A DNA stretch of 64,000 bases from Bacteroidetes bacterium UBA2364 (GCA_002344075.1 DDTM01000001.1:2529-66528); one strand, 5' to 3'. Positions 40,541 through 50,282 are shown, counted from the first letter of the stretch. Program-made: numbers and translations. Notes: generated by a model from the sequence alone, not told the origin.

Positions 40541-40758
40541 AAATAAAAAGGTAAGGATTGTTTTATTCCATTTATTTTAAGGTACAAAAAGAAGGGACTT
40601 ACGTCAAATTCGATCCTACCAAACACCTTGACAATTTCTCAAAAGCAGGCCTATGGCACAACACAAACTTATTTCCTCAACTTGCCCAAAATTCCCAATA
40701 TGATTCATCAAACAAACTTAAATTAGGATCAACTTACCTTAATCATCTAATATTAGAC

Positions 40759-41418
40759 ATGTTTGCAAAAGAAGGATATGGCATTATTGCCAGTTCGTGT
40801 GTATTGGCCCTGCTATTAACACTGGCCGGAATAGGGCTTGGCGGTGTAGTGGGCGCTTTTTTTTATGGGTTAGCCCTTTTTTCCATTTTGTTTACCCTAT
40901 ATTTCTTCCGCGATCCGAAACGAGTCTCTCCGGAGGAAGCCAAAAACGGGCATTTATTAATATCCCCAGCCGATGGTAAAATCGTGGTGAACGAAATCGT
41001 ACACGAACCTCTCTATCTTAAAAGCGAAGCCCGCCAAATTTCTATTTTTCTGTCTCCCTTAGACGTACATGTAAACCGTTCACCTGTAAAAGGGCTTGTT
41101 GAGTTTGATCAATATGTCCCCGGCGAGTACTTGGTGGCTTGGGAGCCTAAAGCCAGTGAACGCAACGAACGATCCCAAATCGGGGTTTTACACCCAAGTG
41201 GACGCAAGTTCTTATTTAAACAAATTGCAGGTTTTGTGGCACGCCGCATTGAATATCACATCCGACCGGGCGATCATGTAGAAGCAGGTGAACGTTTTGG
41301 GATCGTTAAATTTGGTTCGAGGATGGACATTTTGATGCCAATAGATGTGAAGGTGGAGGTTCAAATGGGCCAGCAGGTTTATGCCGGAACCACCATCTTA
41401 GGCCGTATCCCTCAATAA
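40759..41418 (+). CDS. psd: Phosphatidylserine decarboxylase proenzyme (short, Asd-type)
   Basis: FFRDPKR, ISPADGKIV, FLSPLDVHVNRSP, and the self-cleavage site FGSRMD. The start is set at MFAKEG (40759). Confidence 0.85.
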   Translation: MFAKEGYGIIASSCVLALLLTLAGIGLGGVVGAFFYGLALFSILFTLYFFRDPKRVSPEEAKNGHLLISPADGKIVVNEIVHEPLYLKSEARQISIFLSPLDVHVNRSPVKGLVEFDQYVPGEYLVAWEPKASERNERSQIGVLHPSGRKFLFKQIAGFVARRIEYHIRPGDHVEAGERFGIVKFGSRMDILMPIDVKVEVQMGQQVYAGTTILGRIPQ

Positions 41419-41430
41419 CCGGAGTACGTT

Positions 41431-42279
41431 ATGCCACAAAGCCGCTTTCGACGCCGTTTTCAAACAACGAGAAAAAAACCGCAGCTACGGGAACGGATTA
41501 TAATCTATCGAGAAAACCGCTCTGGCCGGCCACGTAAACAAATTCCACGAACCGTGGCACCCTCTTCCCTTACGCTTCTAAACCTCTTTTGCGGTTTTTT
41601 GGCCATTGTGCAGATACACGAAGACAACCTATTGGCAGCTTGTTGGCTAATCATCATTGCAGGCTTGTTTGATTTATTTGACGGCATGGTAGCCCGAATG
41701 GCCAACGCCACCAGCGAATTTGGTATCGAGTTGGATTCATTAGCCGATGTGATTTCTTTTGGTGCTGCTCCCGCCTTCTTGGTGTATGCCTTCGACTTAC
41801 ACACGCTGGGTGTTGTTGGTATGTTGGTTTCTGCACTTCCGGCATTGGGTGGCGCTATCCGGCTCGCACGCTTTAATACCGATGCTTCCTCCGAAAAAAG
41901 CTTTTTCTTTTCAGGGTTGCCCATTCCCGCACAGGCACTGGCCATTGTCGCTTTTATTCTGGCCTTTCATGATTTTAATTTTGGCGCACATTTCGAGTTT
42001 GGACGCAAGTCCGTTCTGGTCCCTTTGGTTGTTACGCTTTCCCTTTTTATGGTCAGTACCATCCGATTTGCTTCCATTCCCAAGCCTACTGTTTCTTCAA
42101 TCCGAGCGTATCCATGGCTATGGATTGGTTTCGGCGTTTGTTTCATCCTTATTCTAATTCTACAAGATATCGGCATCTTTTTATCCATTGTATTATACCT
42201 GGTCACCAACCTAATTTATGCACTCGTCACCCTGATACGAACCCTTTGGGCCGAGACAGAACCTGAAACCACCTTATAA
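41431..42279 (+). CDS. pssA: CDP-diacylglycerol--serine O-phosphatidyltransferase
   Basis: CDP-alcohol phosphatidyltransferase motif DLFDGMVARMANATSEFGIELDSLAD. Confidence 0.85.
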   Translation: MPQSRFRRRFQTTRKKPQLRERIIIYRENRSGRPRKQIPRTVAPSSLTLLNLFCGFLAIVQIHEDNLLAACWLIIIAGLFDLFDGMVARMANATSEFGIELDSLADVISFGAAPAFLVYAFDLHTLGVVGMLVSALPALGGAIRLARFNTDASSEKSFFFSGLPIPAQALAIVAFILAFHDFNFGAHFEFGRKSVLVPLVVTLSLFMVSTIRFASIPKPTVSSIRAYPWLWIGFGVCFILILILQDIGIFLSIVLYLVTNLIYALVTLIRTLWAETEPETTL

Positions 42280-42290
42280 AACCCAAAAAA

Positions 42291-42542
42291 ATGACTTTTA
42301 AGGCGCTTATTACCGTCACCTTGAGGCCCTCTATCTTAGACACACAAGGCAAAGCAGCAGAACATGCACTGGAGCAATTGGGATACCAACAACTCTCCAA
42401 TGTACGCATTGGAAAACATATTGAGTTATTGGTAGAGGCTAACTCCGCTTTGGACGCCGAACTGATGGTTCGCAATGCCGCTGAAAAACTACTTTCGAAC
42501 CCCGTGATGGAAAACTATACGGTTGCTTTACAACCTGCTTAA
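42291..42542 (+). CDS. purS: Phosphoribosylformylglycinamidine synthase subunit PurS
   Basis: 83 aa. VTLRPSILDTQGKAAEHALEQLGY... is the PurS pattern. Confidence 0.85.
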   Translation: MTFKALITVTLRPSILDTQGKAAEHALEQLGYQQLSNVRIGKHIELLVEANSALDAELMVRNAAEKLLSNPVMENYTVALQPA

Positions 42543-42547
42543 ACACC

Positions 42548-42862
42548 ATGATAAGCCTTTGCTCTGCAAATATTGTGGCCTCTGGCATTGACGCTCCCTT
42601 AGAGGACGTTTTAGAAGTCACCCATGTACAATTAGACCGTCCGTGGCGGGTAATCCTCTATAACGACGATATACATACCTTCGACGAGGTTATCTATCAA
42701 CTTCAATTAGCAACCGGCTGCTCGATGGAGCGCGGCGAGCAATTGGCTTGGGAAGTGCATACCAAAGGAAAAGCCAATGTCTATGAAGGAGAATTCGAGC
42801 AGTGCTTTCGGGTACAGATGATTCTGAAAGAAATCGAATTGGTCACTGAAATTCAAGGATAA
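42548..42862 (+). CDS. clpS: ATP-dependent Clp protease adaptor ClpS
   Basis: WRVILYNDDIHTFDEVI...A...VH.KG.A.V is the core ClpS motif. Confidence 0.9.
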   Translation: MISLCSANIVASGIDAPLEDVLEVTHVQLDRPWRVILYNDDIHTFDEVIYQLQLATGCSMERGEQLAWEVHTKGKANVYEGEFEQCFRVQMILKEIELVTEIQG

Positions 42863-43873
42863 TCATCCATCAAAACGGACACAGGCCGAGCCTAAATAAA
42901 GCACGTCTCCCGGCTCTAAGGCCACCGACTGCCCCGTGGCTAATTTCTTGCTGGAAGTATAACCTGTCCGAAAAAAACTGGTGGTTCCTTGCTCATTATA
43001 ATATACAAACTTGCTTTTCTTGTTATCAAACTGGATTTTTCCATGCATTCGGGATACCGTATCATTAATCGAACGGTTGGGGTCGCCAAGAGGCAAGGCG
43101 TTTGGATCCGAAAAATAGATTTGGTTCTGGCGCACAAGATGTCCGCGTGGATTGATGATTTCGCCTAACCTGCCAATGTTGTATGCCTGATTGGTTTGGA
43201 GTTTATAGGCAGCCTGACCGGAAAGGCCCTTGATTACCGTCAGCGAACCAACTAAAGTAGCAGCCGTGCGTTTTGCCAATTCCACATAGATCCGGCTTTC
43301 GGTGAAAGCATCTGCAATTTTAGCTGGCACTTCCGGATAAATGAGCACATCCACTTGAAAATCTTCTGGTACATTAAACCGTCCGGAAATTAGTTTTTCA
43401 AGAACGGCATCTTGGAGCGAGGGCGACAAGTCCGAGATCGCCGCCACATATTTTTGCTGTTCTTGTGGTGTCTCCGCCACAATATGTATCAGGGCCAAGT
43501 TATACGGTAGTACCACACCTCGCCTACGATGTGGCCGCAACGTCTGCTCTACCAACTCCACCATTTCATACCGAATCTCAAGTGTAGATTTCTCCTGAGG
43601 AATTAAGTTCTCAATGGCTTCTACCACGTCTTTTGGTTTATTTAATTTACCAAACAGCCGTTTAAAAAGAGAACCTCCTTCTTCTTGGTTTTCCGGCGTG
43701 ATGGACGTGGACGACTCCAACGGACGCATTGCCGGAACAACAAGAACCGGCTCTGAGCTCTTTTCTTCATCCGCCTTTATTTCGTCTGTTGGTGGCTCAC
43801 TTACAGGATTCAGAACCAAGGTTTCCGGCTCTTCCTCTAAGGCTTGATTTTGATCAGATTTAGACTCGTTCAT
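42863..43873 (-). CDS. FhaA-like protein: acidic N-terminus, DUF3662-like middle, C-terminal FHA domain
   Basis: FHA signature YNIGRLG...VSRMHGKIQF...LEPGDVLYLGSACVRF. Confidence 0.8.
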   Translation of the reverse strand: MNESKSDQNQALEEEPETLVLNPVSEPPTDEIKADEEKSSEPVLVVPAMRPLESSTSITPENQEEGGSLFKRLFGKLNKPKDVVEAIENLIPQEKSTLEIRYEMVELVEQTLRPHRRRGVVLPYNLALIHIVAETPQEQQKYVAAISDLSPSLQDAVLEKLISGRFNVPEDFQVDVLIYPEVPAKIADAFTESRIYVELAKRTAATLVGSLTVIKGLSGQAAYKLQTNQAYNIGRLGEIINPRGHLVRQNQIYFSDPNALPLGDPNRSINDTVSRMHGKIQFDNKKSKFVYYNEQGTTSFFRTGYTSSKKLATGQSVALEPGDVLYLGSACVRFDG

Positions 43874-43911
43874 AATAATTCAGTACACGCTATCGGGCGG
43901 GGTTAATAGGC

Positions 43912-46900
43912 TTATTTAATTAAGCCCAAATTACGGGCAGCATCAATAATGGCACCTGCGATGGGTGCAACCTCCCCTCCATGTTTTCCGGACTCCTCGG
44001 CAAGCACTGCCACCACCAGATGACCTCCCTTGCCATCGGGGGCAAAGCAGACAAACCAAGCATGATCGAGATGTCCAGTTTGTTGGGCCGTTCCGGTTTT
44101 TCCAGAAATGGAGGAGCGGTTTCCGGCAATAGATTTCGCCGTTCCCGTGGTTACCACCTTTCGCATCATGTTTTTAAGTAACGCCGCCTGACCAGTTGTC
44201 AAAATAGTTTTCGGCTCTCCTACAAATGTGGTCTCTTCAAGAAAAAATCGGGGCTCCACCGCTTTACCCTCATTGGCAACTGTAGCCGCCATCCGCGCCA
44301 CATTGATGGGTGCGCCCACAATTTCCCCTTGTCCAAATCCAGCCTGTGCCAGATTGCGGAGGTTATTTGCATACAGTCGTTCTAATTTTTGCTGTTTTTC
44401 AAAGGCGCTGTTTCGAACCACAAAGCCAAACGCATCCAAAACATACAGCATCCCTTCCGGCCCCACACGATCTGCTGCTAAACTTGCAAAATAAACATTA
44501 CCGGAATATACAACTGCTTTCTCCATATCCACCACCCCACTTGGCTCACCAAGCCTGAAAAATTGCGCCCAGCGGTTCCGCTGATCTACCAACACCGTCC
44601 AGTTTGCGGCCCCATCGCCCCCTCTTCGAAACGCAGCCATGGCCGTTGCCACTTTGAGGGTCGAGCCTGGGGCCTTAGACGCATAGAGTCCATGATCGAA
44701 TAGTGACACCTTAGACTGGGCCAAACTGGGAGAAATAAAAACCTCGTGAGGTAATGGATACGATACAGAGGCTAGCAGATCGCCCTTCTTGGCATCCAGC
44801 ACCACCGCCGAAACAACCTGATTCTTCTTCTGCAACCCCATTTGAGCCGTTTTCAGCCGCAAGACTTCCGCCACTTTTTGCTGAAGCCGTACATCAATGG
44901 TCAACTTTAGGTCACGCTTTGTATTCAGTATTTTATCTGCATTTTTCGGATCTGCCCCTCGTAAGAAGGGTAATAATGGCGAATAATCAAACTTAACCAC
45001 TGTATAAGTTGTATCGGTGCCATCTGCGAGCCGATGGGTGATCCTCCGCGCAACTGGTTTGTTATCATAACCTCTTAAAGTAGAAAGATACCTGTTTTCG
45101 GCATATAAGCCATTGGGTGCATTCCACTTTACCCGATTATTCAGGTCACCCAGTAAATAAAAGGTAAGTGCTTCAAAGGGGTAGTGACGCTTGGGCGCAA
45201 GCAACTCATTTTTACTAAGCGGAAATCCAAGTTCCCGATATGTTTTCTTAAACGAAGTGAAAGCACTCGTATCCGAGGCCGCAAGTGGAATTCCATTCCG
45301 ATCATATATATTCCCTAAGGGCAAGGCGTCGCGAATACGCAACATACGTGGATTATACGTATAACTTTTAAGGCCATCGGACTGTATAACGAGCGCTTGC
45401 TTAAGCGAAACATCATCGGCTTGAATCAATTGTAAATACCCAACACGTCCCAATACCAGCAGTGCCAATACCAAGAACGCATATCGTAAGGCTTGAATCG
45501 GCCTCCCGAAATCCTTTTCCTGAATTTGTCGAAATTGTTCCGATGGGTTCTGATTGGAAAGGCTCATCAACAATCCCGCAAAAACCAAGTGCATAACCAC
45601 CGCCACCTTTCCATAGCTAAGGAAGGGCGACACAACGCCTGTTAGAGGTAACAATCCAAAAACCCCTCCCGCAATCAACACCAGTTGAATCATCGTCGAG
45701 GCCACAATACCCAATCCCAAAAAAAGACTAAAACGGGCATCGGTTCTTAACGCAATCATCAAACCACGATGAAAATAGATGGCATAGAGTAAAAATACCG
45801 CCGCCAATCCAAAGTACCCCAACTCCTCCCCAATCGCAGAAAGGATCATATCTGTATGGGCAGCGGGCGTATCTGCAGGAGATCCATCGCCTAAACCCTG
45901 TCCAAACCAACCACCCGCAGCCAGTGACCAGAATGAATATGCTAAATGGTCTCCCCCGTCCGCTTCGTTATCCCAAGGAGAAAGCCACATCTCAATTCTC
46001 GACCCCACCGTCGGGTTCAACTGATACATCACCCAAAATCCTGCAATAAGCAACACCAAGCCAAGTCCTAATGCGGCCCAATGATGCCGGGTAAAGGCAT
46101 AGAGCACCAAGAAAGTGGTACAAATAACCAGTGCCGGGCCGAGGTCTTTTTGTAAATAGAAAAACACAAGCGCAAACGCTACACCAAACAAAATGGGCAA
46201 CATCGCCTTTAGATTGGGCAGGCGGATTCCGGCCCACTCCACCCATTTAGGTAAATGGGCATCCAATTGGCGGATGAACTGCCATTTTCTGGCCAAATAC
46301 CCCGCAAAAAAGATCAACAGGAACAATTTAATAATCTCGACGGGCTGGATCTCTGGCCCAAAAAACAGGAACATCCGCAAGTTTACCCTAGCAGTGCTCC
46401 CTTCTGGTCCAAAACCGATGGTGAGTAACAAGAGGGAAATCAGCGCAGCCCCTCCCAGCCACCAAAAACTCCGGTTTCCGGTTTCGCTGTAATCATATCC
46501 CCAATGCTGAATGTCTGTTAGAGACAAGACCGTAAATAAAACCAACCCCACACCAATGGCCAGAACCGTATCCCAACCCCTCAACAAATCCCGTAGGGGG
46601 TCTGGAATGGCAAACATCATCAACAGCCCCAACCCTGTTAGCATCATCAAAACAGGTAGTATATATGGATCCCCATTAAACTGCCGAAAACGCCACGCCA
46701 CATGTACAAGCCAGAACAAGGCCATAAACAGGCCTCCGAACAGAAAAAGGGCATGGGTAAAATCGTTGGGACCTCGAACAACAACTTGGGGCTTAAGTCT
46801 TGAAAAAACAGCAGATTCAATTAATCTTATAGTATGGGGTTGGGCTGAAAAATGTGCCTCCTCATGGTCCCGAAGGGTTAGATGACGAACACGGCGAAAC

Positions 46901-47577
46901 TCTACACCCGGCTTCATGGCAAGCACATAGTAATCACGATTGGCACCTAAACCCTCGAAAACGAATTGGCCTGAGACATCAGTCCGGACGGTGTCTCGAC
47001 GAACATCAGAATCCAACGTAACCAGTGTTCCCGAAAGTGGATTGCCCGTTGCGTCGCGAACAGAGCCAGAAATACGAAAAGGGCCTTCTCGGTGTCGGGC
47101 AACAGACGGAAATGGTTTGGGGGCCTTCCGCTCTTGTACAACCAATTTGGGAGAGAGGCCTATTTGTTTCCAAGAATTTTCCAACCGTGCTTTCAGGCTT
47201 TCACCGCCTTTCTGTTCAATCTCGTGCGCAGGTACTTTTAGCTTATTCAGTGTTCCTACATTCGGGATTTCACCTGCTTGCACCCGATTAAATATGGCCT
47301 CTGCAACAAAACGCTGGTCCTTTCCATCCGGATATAGGCTTCGCATCACATCCCGCAATTCAGCCGGATTGTTCATCGCATTTAGGTTTATCACCTTTTT
47401 CTGGACCATTAGCTGCTCGGTCTCGCCAAGTGCTTCTGTTTTGGTAAAAAACAAGGCTGCAAAACCAAAAACCATGACCAAGGTTGCAAAAGCAAGCCAA
47501 AGAGCTTCTTGACTCCGTAGTTCATGACGAAAGGGCATTTTTGCGTTCGTAACCGTGCGCTCTGTAAAGGTTGACAT
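43912..47577 (-). CDS. Fusion protein: N-terminal two-TM extension with a periplasmic CarboxypepD_reg-like domain, a SEDS (FtsW/RodA) glycosyltransferase, and a class-B penicillin-binding-protein transpeptidase
   Basis: SEDS motifs QPVEIIKLFLLIFFAGYL, LQKDLGPALV, AAHTDMILSAIGEELG and LPLTGVVSPFLSYG. Transpeptidase motifs STLK (SxxK), SGN (SxN) and KTGT (KTG). All lie in one uninterrupted 1221-codon ORF. Confidence 0.9.
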   Translation of the reverse strand: MSTFTERTVTNAKMPFRHELRSQEALWLAFATLVMVFGFAALFFTKTEALGETEQLMVQKKVINLNAMNNPAELRDVMRSLYPDGKDQRFVAEAIFNRVQAGEIPNVGTLNKLKVPAHEIEQKGGESLKARLENSWKQIGLSPKLVVQERKAPKPFPSVARHREGPFRISGSVRDATGNPLSGTLVTLDSDVRRDTVRTDVSGQFVFEGLGANRDYYVLAMKPGVEFRRVRHLTLRDHEEAHFSAQPHTIRLIESAVFSRLKPQVVVRGPNDFTHALFLFGGLFMALFWLVHVAWRFRQFNGDPYILPVLMMLTGLGLLMMFAIPDPLRDLLRGWDTVLAIGVGLVLFTVLSLTDIQHWGYDYSETGNRSFWWLGGAALISLLLLTIGFGPEGSTARVNLRMFLFFGPEIQPVEIIKLFLLIFFAGYLARKWQFIRQLDAHLPKWVEWAGIRLPNLKAMLPILFGVAFALVFFYLQKDLGPALVICTTFLVLYAFTRHHWAALGLGLVLLIAGFWVMYQLNPTVGSRIEMWLSPWDNEADGGDHLAYSFWSLAAGGWFGQGLGDGSPADTPAAHTDMILSAIGEELGYFGLAAVFLLYAIYFHRGLMIALRTDARFSLFLGLGIVASTMIQLVLIAGGVFGLLPLTGVVSPFLSYGKVAVVMHLVFAGLLMSLSNQNPSEQFRQIQEKDFGRPIQALRYAFLVLALLVLGRVGYLQLIQADDVSLKQALVIQSDGLKSYTYNPRMLRIRDALPLGNIYDRNGIPLAASDTSAFTSFKKTYRELGFPLSKNELLAPKRHYPFEALTFYLLGDLNNRVKWNAPNGLYAENRYLSTLRGYDNKPVARRITHRLADGTDTTYTVVKFDYSPLLPFLRGADPKNADKILNTKRDLKLTIDVRLQQKVAEVLRLKTAQMGLQKKNQVVSAVVLDAKKGDLLASVSYPLPHEVFISPSLAQSKVSLFDHGLYASKAPGSTLKVATAMAAFRRGGDGAANWTVLVDQRNRWAQFFRLGEPSGVVDMEKAVVYSGNVYFASLAADRVGPEGMLYVLDAFGFVVRNSAFEKQQKLERLYANNLRNLAQAGFGQGEIVGAPINVARMAATVANEGKAVEPRFFLEETTFVGEPKTILTTGQAALLKNMMRKVVTTGTAKSIAGNRSSISGKTGTAQQTGHLDHAWFVCFAPDGKGGHLVVAVLAEESGKHGGEVAPIAGAIIDAARNLGLIK

Positions 47578-47683
47578 GGGCTATGCGTTCGAGTCTCGGA
47601 TTTGTTGGATAAACAACCAAACCGCAAACAAGACAAAAAAAAGTAAAAACAACAACTTAAACATAGTACCTAAAAGATAAAAA

Positions 47684-48553
47684 CTACATCCGGAAGATGA
47701 GTTGTACCTGACCTGCAAGAGATAATTCATCGCCAGATTGGAGGGGGTGCCAATGGCCCGATTCCACACGGTGATGGTTAAGATACGTTCCAAAACGGCT
47801 CGTATCTTTAAAGTAAAACGTATTGGTTTCAGGTGTAAAATGAACCCGGATATGCTCGCGTGAAACTTCTCCATTCGTTTGAAGTGCCACGTCCACCCGA
47901 CGGCTCCCAGGATCTAAACGACCAATGATAAAATCTTGTTTTACAATTTGGTAAGTTTGTCTTCCTGCAAGATCGGTGTACTCTAAAAAGGCAGTAGGAA
48001 TGACAGGTGAAGCAGGCATAGATCGTACAGCAGGCGTTGTATTACCCGAAGAACCAACTGGTGCCATTACTGGTGTTACAAGATTACGAGTGGGTTGGTG
48101 CCCCATTTCTCCCAAACGTTCGTCTGCTTTGTCGCGATGGAGGCTCGCTTTTACCCCAATATAGCCCAATGGGGTATCCGCATCGTACACTGGATGAATA
48201 TCTAAGTACCATGTTGCCACCGTGCGCTGGTACACCTCCTTGATCGTCCCAATGGTCGCGGGTTCAGGCTTTCCCCAGAAACGACTAATCCCCCGCACCA
48301 TCCGCACAAGAGGTGTTTTGTTTTTCCGAAGGTTCATGGCCCGCAATTCTTTGTCTAATCGCGCCCGAATACGCTCATTCAAATACGAAAAAGTTGGTGC
48401 GATTTCTTTATATGCTGTTGGATGTAGTAATACTTGAAAGTGAATCGGAACCAAATAGGCTTCCTTATCAAATGGTTCCGCACCATTCTTCATGGCTTCG
48501 GCAACCGTATCCACAATTTCCTGAGCACTGGGGCGACGGAATGTATCTTGCAT
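47684..48553 (-). CDS. FhaA-like protein (DUF3662-like N-terminus plus C-terminal FHA domain)
   Basis: YLVPIHFQVLLHP... in the N-terminal domain. FHA signature FIIGRLD...VSREHIRVHF...SRFGTYLN...LQSGDELSLAG. Confidence 0.8.
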   Translation of the reverse strand: MQDTFRRPSAQEIVDTVAEAMKNGAEPFDKEAYLVPIHFQVLLHPTAYKEIAPTFSYLNERIRARLDKELRAMNLRKNKTPLVRMVRGISRFWGKPEPATIGTIKEVYQRTVATWYLDIHPVYDADTPLGYIGVKASLHRDKADERLGEMGHQPTRNLVTPVMAPVGSSGNTTPAVRSMPASPVIPTAFLEYTDLAGRQTYQIVKQDFIIGRLDPGSRRVDVALQTNGEVSREHIRVHFTPETNTFYFKDTSRFGTYLNHHRVESGHWHPLQSGDELSLAGQVQLIFRM

Positions 48554-49183
48554 ATGAATTGAAGTTTACGTGCATCTAATCCGAATGATACTTAATTTAT
48601 CGGCGGTTGTTCAATAGAAAAATCGTAAACAGACAATATTTCGTCATCGAGAGACCAAAAGTTTCAAAGGATAAAGAAGTCACGTTTTTTCACGAGGTAA
48701 ATATAGCCTACCGGGCCTACCGATGCCCAAATTAAACAATTCATTCCAAGCCCCCATCAAAAAGTACAACAACCGCATCCTGAAGGATGTGTTCATGCCC
48801 CAAGCGAGGCTCAAATGGGTAGTAAAATCAGCTACTTGCAGTATTAGGGATTATTTGATATATTCACTATATCCACCCTATTGCTCCGCCAGCTCTCCTG
48901 ATTTCCCACCTCAAATGTATCGCACTTGTGCCTAAAATGAATTTTTATCACAAGAACTGTCAAGAGTCTGCACATTTTCATTCGTCTGCAAAGAAACCAT
49001 GTGGTCGGTTTGAAGACTGTAACAAGAATCAGATGAAACAATATTCCTATGTGTAGTTTTTTTGATCTGGGGCACTTCCCGTGCAAACAAAAAATGGGTC
49101 AATCACCCTTTCGAACTTGCACATTCATGTCCCACACAAAAGGCACCCATTGGGGTCGCCCATGTTCAACCAACCCTTTATAT

Positions 49184-50224
49184 ATGAGTTTATTTAATAT
49201 ATTTATCCTCCAAGCCCTCCTCGCCTTCCTCCATCCTGCAACTGCCCAGCCCGCATCCAAACAATCCCCTGTTATCGAAAAAGGACAGGCCGTCATTTAT
49301 CCTGACTCCGTAAACGGGAAGTCCACCGCCAGTGGCATTGCTTATAACCCCAATGCTTTTACCGTTGCCCATCGTATATATCCTTTTCAGACCAAACTAC
49401 GATTGGTAAATCCGGCAACCCAAGACACGCTACAGGTGGTGGTAAACGACCGAGTGTCTCCACAATCCGAACATGATTACTGGGTAACCCCCGCTGTTTC
49501 AGAAAGGCTAAGTGTTAAAAAAGCAACGACTTTGCATGTTATAGCCGAAGACATGTATAAGCCCATCGAAACGGACAAATTGGTTTCCGCCACCCGATTA
49601 AAAACCTACGAAACCGTCGGAAAAACAGCCGGAAAGACGTTCCAGACGGGTGGTGCCAGTTTTTATGGAAACAAGTTTAATGGCAGACGCACCGCCAGTG
49701 GTCAGCGGTTCAGTAACGCTGCTTTCACGGCTGCACACCGTTCCTTGCCCTTCGGGACAATGGTTCGCGTCGTCAACCCCCGAAATAGCAGATCGGTTGT
49801 GGTTCGTATTAATGACCGTGGCCCTTTTGTACGAGGGCGGGTGATAGACCTTTCCGCCGCCGCAGCCCGTAAACTCGGTATTGGTGGCGTAGGTACTGTA
49901 CATTTGTATCGCTTAGACCGGAAAGATGTAGTCGAGGTAGAAGAAACCTTAGACGGTCGTCCAGTTACCGAGCCTACACACAAACCCGACGGGGTTTATA
50001 CAATACAAGTTTTTAATCTAAAAGACCCCCAATTGGCACAACGGGCCCTCACTTTCCAAGACGGTTTTTGGCTGGAAACCACGACCGTAGGGAACACCAC
50101 CATGAATCGGGTGAATTACAATCGCTATGAATCAGAAAAAGAAGCCAAGATCGCCCTTGCCTTTTTACAACTAAAAGGCTTCGATGGCTTCGTTAAAGCA
50201 ATACCAACCCAAGAGGCAAAGTAA
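49184..50224 (+). CDS. rlpA: Septal-ring lytic transglycosylase RlpA-family protein (two DPBB domains plus a C-terminal SPOR domain)
   Basis: Two copies of the ...TASG...AAH...PF.T.vRVvN...V.V.vNDRGP pattern. The C-terminus YTIQVFNLKDPQLAQRAL...LKGFDGFV is SPOR-like. The start is set at MSLFNIF (49184). Confidence 0.85.
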   Translation: MSLFNIFILQALLAFLHPATAQPASKQSPVIEKGQAVIYPDSVNGKSTASGIAYNPNAFTVAHRIYPFQTKLRLVNPATQDTLQVVVNDRVSPQSEHDYWVTPAVSERLSVKKATTLHVIAEDMYKPIETDKLVSATRLKTYETVGKTAGKTFQTGGASFYGNKFNGRRTASGQRFSNAAFTAAHRSLPFGTMVRVVNPRNSRSVVVRINDRGPFVRGRVIDLSAAAARKLGIGGVGTVHLYRLDRKDVVEVEETLDGRPVTEPTHKPDGVYTIQVFNLKDPQLAQRALTFQDGFWLETTTVGNTTMNRVNYNRYESEKEAKIALAFLQLKGFDGFVKAIPTQEAK

Positions 50225-50248
50225 GACGACTTACCTCTTCCGGATTCT

Positions 50249-50282
50249 GAAAGCCCATTTCTTGCAAAGTGGGCTTTTTTCT
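50249..50282 (+). terminator. Rho-independent terminator of rlpA
   Basis: AAAGCCCATTTcttgcAAAGTGGGCTTTTTT. Confidence 0.6.

Noticed and set aside
46940-47512. A 190-aa plus-strand ORF, and others (46193-46492, 46511-46885), inside the SEDS-PBP gene.
   Set aside because: They are antisense shadow ORFs of a 1221-codon gene with intact catalytic motifs, and they have no domain signatures.
47581-47874. The full 97-aa track ORF overlapping the 3' end of the FhaA-like gene.
   Set aside because: Its first 70 codons lie out of frame inside the well-supported FHA gene. Only the last 27 codons, from ATG 47664, are kept as a speculative micro-ORF.
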